A stretch of DNA of 29,769 nt from a virus (lineage: Duplodnaviria; Caudoviricetes): the IMG/VR virus record IMGVR_UViG_3300037046_000005, positions 1-29,769 of that record; one strand, given 5' to 3'. Below are positions 6,955-15,486 of this stretch, piece by piece. A program made the translations under genes and the position numbers. The notes beneath the pieces are model-generated. The model did not search any database, had not been told where the DNA came from, and saw only the letters and a program-made list of their open reading frames with translations. The first letter of the stretch is position 1. Every line of letters begins with the position of its first letter.

Positions 6955-8460
6955 ATGAGCAACGTCATTCCCTTCCAGAACTTCCAAGCCCCAGCGTTCC
7001 TCGCCAACGCTGGGCTGTCGCCGGAGCAGGTCCGTGCGATGAACGCAGCCGCTGCCGTCGGTACTGGCGGCGGTGGTCTGAACAAGATCAGCCTCAAGCA
7101 GTCCCGCTTCCGCATGGTAGTCGGCGGCCAGGAGCAGGTCATCCCCTCCCTCTCGATCGACATGGTGCTGGTGCGCGTCAACGACGGCATCAACAAAACG
7201 TGGTACGAGAAGGAGTGGAACCCGAACGAAGACGCCGGCATGCCGGATTGCTCCAGCGACGACGGCATCACGCCGCGCGCTGACTCGCCGAAGAAGCAGT
7301 GCGATACCTGCGCTGCCTGCCCGCGCAACCAGTGGGGGTCGAAGATCAACCGCCAGACCGGCGCCAAGGGCAAGGAGTGCCAGGACACCAAGCGCATGGC
7401 GATCATGGCCCCGGGCTCGGACGGTCGGTACGCACACGCCGACGCCACCCTGTTCCAGCTGGCCGTGCCGCCGGCGTCGCTGAATGACTTCGGCGGGTTC
7501 GTCCGCAACCTGGCAGCCATGCCGACCCCGGCAGGATACAACATGGTGGTAGTAGAGGTGGCGTTCGACCCGCAGGTCACCTATCCGAAGATCATGTTCA
7601 AGCCCAAGCGCTGGCTGGAGAACGACGAGTGGGACGTGATCAGCAAGCTGTACGACGACCACGAAACCAAGCGCATCGCTGGCTTGGCTGAAGCGCAGGC
7701 CATGCAACTCGCGGCTCCGGCGGGCCAAGCAATGGCACAGCAGATGCAACAGTCGGTACAGCAGCCGGTACAGCAGCCGGTACAGCAGCCGGTACAGCAG
7801 CCGGTACAGCAGGCTACCTGGGGTCAGCCTCAGCAGACCCAGCCGGTCCAGCAGCAAGCGCAGCAACCCGCGCAGCAGGCTGCCTGGGGTCAGCCTCAGC
7901 AGGCTCAGCCGCAGCAGATGCAGCAACCAGTTCAGGAGCAGCAAGCCAACTGGGGTCAGCCCACTCAACCGGTACAGCAGCCGGTACAGCAGCCGGTACA
8001 GCAGCCGGTACAGCAGCCGGTACAGCAGCCGGTACAGCAGCCGGTACAGCAGCCGGCCCAGGCCGTGCGTGAGCGTGGCAAGCCAGCACCGGGCAAGGCT
8101 CGTCGCACCAAGGAGGAGATGGAGGAGGACCGCTTGGCCGACGAGCGTGACGCTCAGATGGCACAGCAGGGCGGACAGGCGCAGCAGATGCAGCAGCCGG
8201 TACAGCAGCCCGCTCAGCAGGCTAACTGGGGCCAGCCTCAGCAGGCTCAGCCGGTACAGCAGCCCGCTCAGCAGGCTAACTGGGGCCAGCCTCAGCAGGC
8301 TCAGCCGGTACAGCAGCAAGTGCAGCAGCCCGGCATGGATCAGAACAACCCGTGGGCTGGCGCCAATGCGCAGCAGCCACAGCAGGGCGCTCCGATCCAG
8401 CCGAACGTTATGGGCGGCGATGTAAGCGGCGCGTTCGCCGGCTGGGACGATCCGCAGTAA
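6955..8460 (+). CDS. Putative ssDNA-binding/annealing protein with Cys cluster and long Gln/Pro-rich tail (501 aa)
   Basis: AGGAG RBS. Contains ISLKQSRF, PDCSSDDG, CDTCAACPRNQWGS, GKECQ and LAVPPASL, and ends acidic-aromatic (GWDDPQ). Function inferred from context. Confidence 0.7.
   Translation: MSNVIPFQNFQAPAFLANAGLSPEQVRAMNAAAAVGTGGGGLNKISLKQSRFRMVVGGQEQVIPSLSIDMVLVRVNDGINKTWYEKEWNPNEDAGMPDCSSDDGITPRADSPKKQCDTCAACPRNQWGSKINRQTGAKGKECQDTKRMAIMAPGSDGRYAHADATLFQLAVPPASLNDFGGFVRNLAAMPTPAGYNMVVVEVAFDPQVTYPKIMFKPKRWLENDEWDVISKLYDDHETKRIAGLAEAQAMQLAAPAGQAMAQQMQQSVQQPVQQPVQQPVQQPVQQATWGQPQQTQPVQQQAQQPAQQAAWGQPQQAQPQQMQQPVQEQQANWGQPTQPVQQPVQQPVQQPVQQPVQQPVQQPVQQPAQAVRERGKPAPGKARRTKEEMEEDRLADERDAQMAQQGGQAQQMQQPVQQPAQQANWGQPQQAQPVQQPAQQANWGQPQQAQPVQQQVQQPGMDQNNPWAGANAQQPQQGAPIQPNVMGGDVSGAFAGWDDPQ
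7756..7812 (+). repeat. 12-bp tandem repeat (GTACAGCAGCCG) x4 plus partial unit
   Basis: Directly visible; encodes VQQP repeats. Confidence 0.95.
7969..8052 (+). repeat. 12-bp tandem repeat (CCGGTACAGCAG) x7, perfect
   Basis: Directly visible; encodes (PVQQ)7. Confidence 0.97.
8194..8316 (+). repeat. 54-bp tandem duplication plus partial third copy
   Basis: Units 8194-8247 and 8248-8301 encode QPVQQPAQQANWGQPQQA twice. Confidence 0.93.
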
Positions 8461-8467
8461 GAACCGA

Positions 8468-8487
8468 CGGGGCGCTTCGGCGCCCCG
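8468..8487 (+). terminator. GC hairpin with C(UUCG)G tetraloop; weak terminator or RNA-stabilising element
   Basis: CGGGGCGC-TTCG-GCGCCCCG starts just after the SSB-like stop and is followed by CTCTC, not a U run. Confidence 0.55.
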
Positions 8488-8506
8488 CTCTCAACGAGGA
8501 CATACC

Positions 8507-8833
8507 ATGCTTACCAAAGAACAATTCCTTGTATTCCTGGCGCTGCTGGCAGCGTTCGCCAAGGCCAACGGGCTGTCTGCCGCATCGGCCTCACGCGTCC
8601 TGGGTGTCAGTCACCAGACCACCGTCCGCTGGCTGGCCGAGGCGCGGCGCGCATCCAAAGGGGAAGACGTTGCGAGCACGGCGTACACCTATCTGGTGGA
8701 CCCAGTGATCGAGAAGATCGAGAAGCTGAATGCTATCGACAAGGAGCGCGGGCTGTACGCTGCCATCGCGCGGGAGAAGAACACCCAGAAGGAGGAGATT
8801 CTGCACGGGGCACTCGATGGTCGGGCTGTCTGA
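8507..8833 (+). CDS. Helix-turn-helix DNA-binding protein
   Basis: GAGGA RBS. NGLSAASASRVLGVSHQTTVRWL fits an Xre/Cro-like HTH pattern. Confidence 0.75.
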   Translation: MLTKEQFLVFLALLAAFAKANGLSAASASRVLGVSHQTTVRWLAEARRASKGEDVASTAYTYLVDPVIEKIEKLNAIDKERGLYAAIAREKNTQKEEILHGALDGRAV

Positions 8834-8863
8834 TAGACTCAACTCGCCCGCATAGGAGGCCAC

Positions 8864-11800
8864 GTGGATACTCTAGATTTTCTCCGTTTGGTTTGGCCGT
8901 CCAATGGCCAGTACCTGATCCTGTTTCCCATCCAGTTCCCAGATAAAGTGACCGGGAAGCTGGTCAAAAGTTTCAAGCATTTCGCATACCAGACTATAGA
9001 GGAGGCCGCAACCGCCGCACTATCTTTCGCCAACGACCGAGACAACCCGGTCGACGTGTTCTTCGCGCTGGGCTCGGTCAAAGAAGACCTGACCCGCATG
9101 CGCAAGGATGACCGCGAGGCGCTGGGCAAGAAGGTCCGTGGGGTCCACAAGACTGGCCATGACAACACCTGCGAAATCAAGGCGTTCTGGCTGGACCTCG
9201 ACGTCAAGCCGGACCCCACCGCGTACGCCACCCAGCAGGAAGCAGCCACCGCGCTGCGCGAGTTCTGCCAGGCTATGGGGCTGCCGAAGCCCCTGGTCAC
9301 GTCGTCAGGCGGTGGCTTCCATGCGTATTGGCCGCTGACCGAGGCGCTGGACCCAGACAAGTGGCAGCACTATGCGTCGGTCCTCAAGCAGCTAACGGAC
9401 AGCTGGGGGCTGCGTGCCGACGCGTCCCGCACCGCAGATCGGGCCAGCGTCCTGCGTCCGGTCGGCACACACAACTGGAAGACCGGCAACGCCCGGACGG
9501 TGCAGGTGGTAATGGACAGCCGTCCTGTGGATACCAACCAGTTCCTTGCCAGGCTGGCCTACCTCGTCGAGACGATGCAGCTGCCTCCGGTACAGCAACC
9601 ACGCCACCAGATGATCCTGCCAGCAGGCGCCCCTCTGGCTGGTGCGCCGCTTGCCGCCGCTGTCAACGTCGCTGCTATGAACGAGGCGGCTGCAGCCGGC
9701 GCTGGTTATGAGCAGGCTGACCCGCGCGAGGTGGTGACCAAGTGCCAGCAGCTGGCGTGGCAGGCGGGCAATCAAGCCAACGTACCGGAGCCGCTGTGGT
9801 ACGCCATGATCGGCTGCCTGCGTCACGCCAAGGACGGAGCCAAGGCTGTCCACTTCATGTCCCGCCAGAGCCCGTCGTACGACGTGTTCGTGACGGACCT
9901 GAAGGTACAGCAACACGCTGACGGCGGGTTCCCACCGACGCTGTGCGCTACGTTCGAGCAGCACCGCCCAGGCGGGTGCGACGGCTGCCCGTTCAAGGGC
10001 AAGATCAAGACCCCGCTGCAGGTGACCCGCAAGCTCGAGCAAGTGGCGCCGCCAACGGTTCAGCTGGCTACCACCACGGGTCCGGTAGCCATCGCGCTGC
10101 CGCCCCCACCGGCGCCGTTCAAGCGGGTGGTGAACCCGATGACTGGCACCGCTCGGATCGCTATGACGATTGGCGATAAGGCCGGGATCGAGGAGGACAT
10201 TGTGCTCTATGAGTACGACCTTTACCCGTCGCGCCTGATCTTCGACGAGCGCGAGAACCGGTACAACGTGGTGGTTCATCGATGGTTGCCGAAGGACGGA
10301 TGGAAAGAGTTCGACATTCCTACCGGCAAGCTATACGACCGCAAGCAGCTGGCTACGCTGCTGGGTGACATAGGCGTGCTGCCCGACCTGGGGCACGTCG
10401 AGGACTTGGTGCAATACATGATCGGCTATATCCGCGACCTCCAGAAAATCGCAGCGGCTTCCACCATCTACGCCCAGCTGGGCTGGCGCCCGGAGATGGA
10501 CCGCTTCATCCTGCCTGACCGGGTGATCACACCCACCGGCGTCGAGCCGCTGTCAGTCAGCCGCAACATCACCAACGCTCTCAGCTGGCAGGACCCACGT
10601 GGCAGCCTCGACGTGTGGAAGCACGTCGTCGCCACGTACGAACGCCCTGGCATGGAGGCCCACCAGTTCGGCTTCGGCGTCGGGTTCGCCTCGCCGCTGT
10701 TCGCCTTCACCAACTTCGGTGGCATGCTGGTATCCATGATCGGCGAGCGCGGCGCGGGCAAGTCGTCCTCAGCCATGTCGGCGAACTCGATCTACGGCCA
10801 CCCGAAGATGGGTTGGGCCGACCGGGAGAACGACACCGCCAGGGCGTTCGTACAGAAGCTGGGCGTGCTGAACAACCTCCCAGCCACCTATGACGAGCAC
10901 ACCAACCTCGACGGCGACATGGTGTCGGACCTGTGCTACATGGTGTCGAAGGGCCAGGGGCGCCAGCGCCTGCAGCAGAACGGCGAGGCGGCTCAGAACC
11001 ACGGCAACTGGCAGCTGATGATGCTGATGACTGGCAACCGCTCCCTGAACGCTCGTCTGGCCACAGCCAAGGCGGACAGTTCGGCGGAGTCAGCGCGGGT
11101 CTTCGAGTACACAGTGCCGGCGAACACCCTGACCAAGGCCGAGGCCGACCAGTTCTGGGGTCCGGGCGGGCTGATCTTCGAGAACTTCGGCGTCGCCGGC
11201 GAGCCGTACATCCGCCACGTCATGCTGAATCAGGAGTGGGCCAAGGAGCGCGTCAAGCATTGGGTGCGCGAGGTGGATACGGCGGCCAGGGTTTCCAGTG
11301 GCGAGCGGTTCTGGTCGGCCGGCGTGGCGTGCGTGCTGACGGGGTTCGAACTGGCCAACCAGTGTGGGCTGACCAACGCTGACGTGGGACGGCTGTTCCA
11401 GTTCGCCATCCGAGTTATCCACAACATGCGCGCAGACGTCGAGGAGAACACCCGCAGCCCTATCGGTATGGTGTCCGAGTACATCAACTCGAACATGCGC
11501 AGCATGATCGTCCTGACCAGCGACGCGAACGGCGCCGGCTTGGCGCAGGTGCAGAACGCCCCCACCAGCGACCGCCTGCGGATCCGCCTGGAGCGCCACA
11601 CTGGGCGGCTGTTCATCGACCGGGCTGACTTCCGCCGGTTCTGTGCCAAAGCCCAGATGGACGCGAACATCGTCCAGCGGGAGCTGCTGAACTCCGGTGT
11701 GCTGAAGGCCAAGGACATTCGCATCGTGCTGGGTCGGGACACAATCTACCGGACAGCGCAGACGATCTGCTGGTTGCTTGACGCCAACGCCCCGGCGCTC

Positions 11801-11872
11801 GCAGGGGTAGGTGATGTGGCCGCAGTACCGCAGCAGCCACAGGTTCAGCCCGCTCAGGCGACCACGCCGTGA
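8864..11872 (+). CDS. Primase-helicase: AEP primase + Cys cluster + DUF927/P-loop helicase
   Basis: AGGAGG RBS with GTG start. AEP motifs WLDLDVK and SSGGGFHAYW, RVLR-like SVLRPVGTHNWK, EPLWYAMIG, C..F.....GCDGCP, QLGW, Walker A GERGAGKSS and Walker B YDE. Confidence 0.9.
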   Translation: MDTLDFLRLVWPSNGQYLILFPIQFPDKVTGKLVKSFKHFAYQTIEEAATAALSFANDRDNPVDVFFALGSVKEDLTRMRKDDREALGKKVRGVHKTGHDNTCEIKAFWLDLDVKPDPTAYATQQEAATALREFCQAMGLPKPLVTSSGGGFHAYWPLTEALDPDKWQHYASVLKQLTDSWGLRADASRTADRASVLRPVGTHNWKTGNARTVQVVMDSRPVDTNQFLARLAYLVETMQLPPVQQPRHQMILPAGAPLAGAPLAAAVNVAAMNEAAAAGAGYEQADPREVVTKCQQLAWQAGNQANVPEPLWYAMIGCLRHAKDGAKAVHFMSRQSPSYDVFVTDLKVQQHADGGFPPTLCATFEQHRPGGCDGCPFKGKIKTPLQVTRKLEQVAPPTVQLATTTGPVAIALPPPPAPFKRVVNPMTGTARIAMTIGDKAGIEEDIVLYEYDLYPSRLIFDERENRYNVVVHRWLPKDGWKEFDIPTGKLYDRKQLATLLGDIGVLPDLGHVEDLVQYMIGYIRDLQKIAAASTIYAQLGWRPEMDRFILPDRVITPTGVEPLSVSRNITNALSWQDPRGSLDVWKHVVATYERPGMEAHQFGFGVGFASPLFAFTNFGGMLVSMIGERGAGKSSSAMSANSIYGHPKMGWADRENDTARAFVQKLGVLNNLPATYDEHTNLDGDMVSDLCYMVSKGQGRQRLQQNGEAAQNHGNWQLMMLMTGNRSLNARLATAKADSSAESARVFEYTVPANTLTKAEADQFWGPGGLIFENFGVAGEPYIRHVMLNQEWAKERVKHWVREVDTAARVSSGERFWSAGVACVLTGFELANQCGLTNADVGRLFQFAIRVIHNMRADVEENTRSPIGMVSEYINSNMRSMIVLTSDANGAGLAQVQNAPTSDRLRIRLERHTGRLFIDRADFRRFCAKAQMDANIVQRELLNSGVLKAKDIRIVLGRDTIYRTAQTICWLLDANAPALAGVGDVAAVPQQPQVQPAQATTP

Positions 11873-12210
11873 GGGTCACGAACCACGCACTGGAGAGGTG
11901 GCGGGAACGCCACCCCTGCCTGAGCCTGCGCGAGGAACTGGCGGCTGCCAGGCGCCCGTCGAAACGTGTCCGATACCTACTGGCTTACCCAGCCACGGTG
12001 GTGCCTAGTCGGCACCGGGAGCCCCGGCGGTACTTGATAACCGACAACGACGTGGTGTTCGTGTTAGACGCGGACGACACGGTGGTGACCGTTCTCAAAC
12101 TTCGTGAGGCCAAACGGCGGGCGAAGGCCATGCAGCGCGAACGACGGGCGAAAGACGCGTCGCGCGAGCGCTGCATGGCCGCGGCTCACTCAAACTCCCA
12201 AGTCAGCTGA
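11869..12210 (+). CDS. Small HALER-motif protein (DUF4258/RelE-like fold candidate)
   Basis: GTGA overlap with the primase stop. Has N-terminal VTNHALERWRER and later VVFVL...TVVTVL strands. Confidence 0.65.
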   Translation: MRVTNHALERWRERHPCLSLREELAAARRPSKRVRYLLAYPATVVPSRHREPRRYLITDNDVVFVLDADDTVVTVLKLREAKRRAKAMQRERRAKDASRERCMAAAHSNSQVS

Positions 12211-13256
12211 TGGGTCTGCCCGTCGACGAACACTTCGTCTGGTACGGCTACACTCGCATAGTCCGTACCATCGAAGACCAACTCGAAAGGCCGCCCGTCT
12301 ACAGTGAGGGTGGCCTTTTTGACGGTGTAGTATTCCCCTTCGTATGTATCCGGGTACAGCCGGCGTAGCGACACCGTCAGTGTGTAGTTCGGCGCAGCTA
12401 ACAGGCCGACCGTGACCGTGTCGACTTGGATGGCCCCTACCCCCTGCGTGTACTGCCTTGGGGTCAGGCTGCCGTACGGAGCCTCGTAGCCTATCTTCCT
12501 GCGGTCCCCCATCATTACGTCGGTCCACGCCACCAGGGTGGCGGGGAACACCTGGCGAGGTATTTCGTACCCGACCTCCTGAGCCTGCTTCAAGTTGACC
12601 CAGAACGAGGGCTTAGGGCCGAGGCTGAGCGTGGCCACCAGCACGCCGTTCTCGCCATTACCGTCGACCTGCTCCAACTTGACGTTACCGGTCGGTGTGG
12701 GGATAGGCGCCCCCGTCCACGCAGTACTCTGCGCCTGGAAGAAACTACCGTCCACCCATATCGCAGCCAGCGGCGTGTACGCGTCGTCCCGGTAGATACC
12801 GATCTCCAACGCCCCGCCCGCGTAGCTGGAGGTGCTGCGTGAGTCTAGCTCCCACGCTTCTTCGAGGACCCAGCTCGGGCGCGGGTCTGGCCCCAAGCCC
12901 GTGACGATCACGTCCATGGGGAACGCCGAGTCGTCGACCGGCTGGACCGTCTGACTGTTGGGGGCGAACAGCAGCACTTCTTTCTCTGCGTACTGCCCGA
13001 CCGTAAGATCAGACGTGTCAAAGTGCACGATGGAGGCGTAGTTGCCCTCCCAGTAGTCGCCAAACGGGTTGGCCTTTACCAAGTCGCCGCTCAACGGCCA
13101 CTGGTAGTTAGGGTCACCCATGGTAGGGTTGGAGTCGTTATAGTACGTGGCGCTCGGTTGTAGCCACAGAGTGACACCGAACGACCCGTAGTTGTACCGG
13201 GCCTCGCTCCAGTCACCGTCGACTGGGTAGTACCGAAGAACTAGGCGGTTAGCCAT
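12186..13256 (-). CDS. Putative tail/receptor-binding protein (356 aa)
   Basis: Last gene of the late operon, beta-rich and aromatic/acidic, GGAG RBS. Function inferred from position. Confidence 0.6.
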   Translation of the reverse strand: MANRLVLRYYPVDGDWSEARYNYGSFGVTLWLQPSATYYNDSNPTMGDPNYQWPLSGDLVKANPFGDYWEGNYASIVHFDTSDLTVGQYAEKEVLLFAPNSQTVQPVDDSAFPMDVIVTGLGPDPRPSWVLEEAWELDSRSTSSYAGGALEIGIYRDDAYTPLAAIWVDGSFFQAQSTAWTGAPIPTPTGNVKLEQVDGNGENGVLVATLSLGPKPSFWVNLKQAQEVGYEIPRQVFPATLVAWTDVMMGDRRKIGYEAPYGSLTPRQYTQGVGAIQVDTVTVGLLAAPNYTLTVSLRRLYPDTYEGEYYTVKKATLTVDGRPFELVFDGTDYASVAVPDEVFVDGQTHQLTWEFE

Positions 13257-13762
13257 ACAGAACTCTCCATCTGCAATGCGTCGACAGTCTTGTGGTGATC
13301 GCCGTCGGCATGCACCCGCCAGACGTACCCTTCAAATGACAACTGGTTCGGGCTCAATACGCGCCGCAGATTCCAGTCGGCGCTGTGCGGCGAAGCAGCC
13401 AAGCGCCCGAGGTGAGGCAGCACGTCCGCACGGCGGTACACAGTCGCGGCGTGACCAGGGCGCAGGGTCGGGAACACGAAGTCCCCACGTACCACCCGCT
13501 CCATCGTCACTACGCTACGGTGCTCCTCCAAACCGAGCAGGCAGGCTGCGAAGCATCCCGGCAGCACGTAGTCGTCGGAGTCGACGTAGGACACGTAGGG
13601 GTGGTTGCCGCGCGCATACCCACGGGCACGTCCTACGCCGACGCTGTATCCTGAGTTGTCCACCACGTGCACTGTAACTGGCTCGTCGCGCAGGGACGCG
13701 AGGCATTGGTCGAGCCAGTCCTGGCGGGTGCCCTCGTGGGTCAGAACATGGACGTCTATCAC
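13241..13762 (-). CDS. Family 2 (GT-A fold) glycosyltransferase (173 aa)
   Basis: GTG start overlaps the upstream TGA, with GGAG RBS. Contains WLDQCLASL, VHVVDN, GRARG...YVSYVDSDD (DxDD), VYRR, ADW and YVWRVH. Confidence 0.85.
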   Translation of the reverse strand: MIDVHVLTHEGTRQDWLDQCLASLRDEPVTVHVVDNSGYSVGVGRARGYARGNHPYVSYVDSDDYVLPGCFAACLLGLEEHRSVVTMERVVRGDFVFPTLRPGHAATVYRRADVLPHLGRLAASPHSADWNLRRVLSPNQLSFEGYVWRVHADGDHHKTVDALQMESSVWLTA

Positions 13763-15486
13763 GGGGCGTCTCCAGCGAAAAGGTAGCCATACGGCTTGGT
13801 CAGCAGCGGGTTTCCAGTATACGCGACGCCGGCCCTTCCGTAGTTCACTGCTGGGTATTCCTCCCACTGGTCACCGCGCTTGAGCGCCACCACTGGGTGC
13901 TCCCCGCCGGTGTCCGCGAACGCCAGAACTCCCGCCGGCACCAGCAACACTTCGTCCCGCCACACCTCGCGCTGGTAGCACGTCACTGACAGCAAGCCGG
14001 AGCGCAGCGTGCTCGGCGACCACGCTGAGAAACAGTCTTCGATCGTTATGGCGTAGGTGGACGCGTTCACCACCACTACCACCGGCTTGTCGTCGGGCAC
14101 TCGATACCACGCTTCGAGAAACAGGTTGTAGCTCGCCTTGGAGTTGAACTGGCCGGAGTTGAAGTACGTGCCGGTCCCCGTCTCATCGTCCGCAGTGGTG
14201 CCTTCGGCACGATACCCAAGGGTCGTGGCGTCCGTGACGAACTGGCCGTCGATATGGAACCATGCCTTCTCTGGGTACTGGCTGCGCGAGTCGAAGTCGG
14301 GGTCCGTCAGCGGGCGCTCCCACACCTGTCGCCATATACCGACCTTGCCGTTGTAGATTCGGAAGTAATCGCCGTAGGTGTAGTAGTTGGGCGAGGCGCC
14401 CAGGGGGGTGATGAACGGGCACTCCTGCCCGTCGCGCACGTCGGGGTAGTGGAACGCGTCCGTGTAGGTCCAGTTCACCACCTCCGGCTCAGTCTGGATC
14501 GTGAGGACCCCAACGGACCACAGGCGCACGACGTTCGCGTCGTCGGCGCTTACCTGATAAGCGCGCTGCGTTCTGGCTATGAACCCCACGGCGATCTTAT
14601 CGGCGTACTTCTCGACCCGCAGCAGCGAGGCCGAGGCGTCTGCCCACAGCGAGTAGCTGCCCGACTGGTCGGTCCAGTTCATCACTTCCGGTCGGAAGTA
14701 CGGATTGCTGGCGTCGTCGAACTTATACACCCGCCACCACGGGAAGCCACCATTCTTGCTGTCGAACAGGAACATCAACACTGCGTTGCAGGGGGACTTC
14801 AGACCGCTCGGCGCCGTGCGGGCCTGGATCATCTGGATAGTGACGAACACGTAGTCGCCTACTTCGCACCCTGTCGGGATCGGGAGGCTGCCAGGTTGGT
14901 TGCTCGTCGTCTCACGGAGCACCACGTCGTACCCCGGCGCCATCTGCCGCAAGATGGAATCGCTCATCACGAACCCAGCGCGGCCGTCCCCAGCCCCTGC
15001 TGGCTGGTGGTGCAGCTGGAGCCAGTACGGTCGAGTGGCCCCGCTTACCGCTGGGTTGTCGGTGATAGTCAGGTGGTAAACGCCGGCGTTGCCCTCCCAC
15101 GGAGTGCCCTCTGTATAGAGCCTGCGGCTGGGCGCTGGTGGTGTACCATACACGAAGGCCACCACTTCCGGCTGTACCCCGTCCAGCATAAGCTCGGGGG
15201 CTTCGGCGCCAGGGGTAGACGGGCCTCGTCGGGGGTCGAAGAAGCTCCGCAGCGGGGCGGCGTACGTAGCGTGCACCCCTATCGTCCCGAAGGCGCCGAA
15301 CGAAACCAGCGTCCCAGGTGGCTCTAGGACGGTGGCCGTGTACCGGTCCTTGGTCCGCTTGCCCTCTACGATGAACCCGTCGACGATTTCCGTTTTGCGG
15401 CCGTACTTCTGACGTACCTCCTTGGCCAGCCGAGCGGCGCGCTTGAGGAGGTACGCGCCGCTCGCTGAGTTGGTGCGCTTGATCAC
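13759..15486 (-). CDS. Putative virion tail protein (575 aa)
   Basis: Translationally coupled within the structural operon; beta-rich; no diagnostic motif recognised. Confidence 0.6.
   Translation of the reverse strand: MIKRTNSASGAYLLKRAARLAKEVRQKYGRKTEIVDGFIVEGKRTKDRYTATVLEPPGTLVSFGAFGTIGVHATYAAPLRSFFDPRRGPSTPGAEAPELMLDGVQPEVVAFVYGTPPAPSRRLYTEGTPWEGNAGVYHLTITDNPAVSGATRPYWLQLHHQPAGAGDGRAGFVMSDSILRQMAPGYDVVLRETTSNQPGSLPIPTGCEVGDYVFVTIQMIQARTAPSGLKSPCNAVLMFLFDSKNGGFPWWRVYKFDDASNPYFRPEVMNWTDQSGSYSLWADASASLLRVEKYADKIAVGFIARTQRAYQVSADDANVVRLWSVGVLTIQTEPEVVNWTYTDAFHYPDVRDGQECPFITPLGASPNYYTYGDYFRIYNGKVGIWRQVWERPLTDPDFDSRSQYPEKAWFHIDGQFVTDATTLGYRAEGTTADDETGTGTYFNSGQFNSKASYNLFLEAWYRVPDDKPVVVVVNASTYAITIEDCFSAWSPSTLRSGLLSVTCYQREVWRDEVLLVPAGVLAFADTGGEHPVVALKRGDQWEEYPAVNYGRAGVAYTGNPLLTKPYGYLFAGDAP

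Noticed and set aside
7756-8316. Repeat arrays as a CRISPR array (tempting given the Cas4-like gene)
   Set aside because: The units are contiguous, lack unique spacers and lie in frame within a CDS.
6946-8319. 457-aa minus-strand ORF with LLYR repeats
   Set aside because: It is the reverse-complement reading of the PVQQ repeat array.
8864-9030. Lower-GC 5' end of the primase as an internal promoter or origin
   Set aside because: Only weak hexamer matches and no iterons; reduced GC at gene starts is common.
13763-13867. Longer starts given by the ORF track (also 3749, 6315, 6922, 20550, 21131, 21749, 21925)
   Set aside because: Downstream starts have RBSs or stop-start overlaps; the extensions run into neighbouring genes or the promoter.
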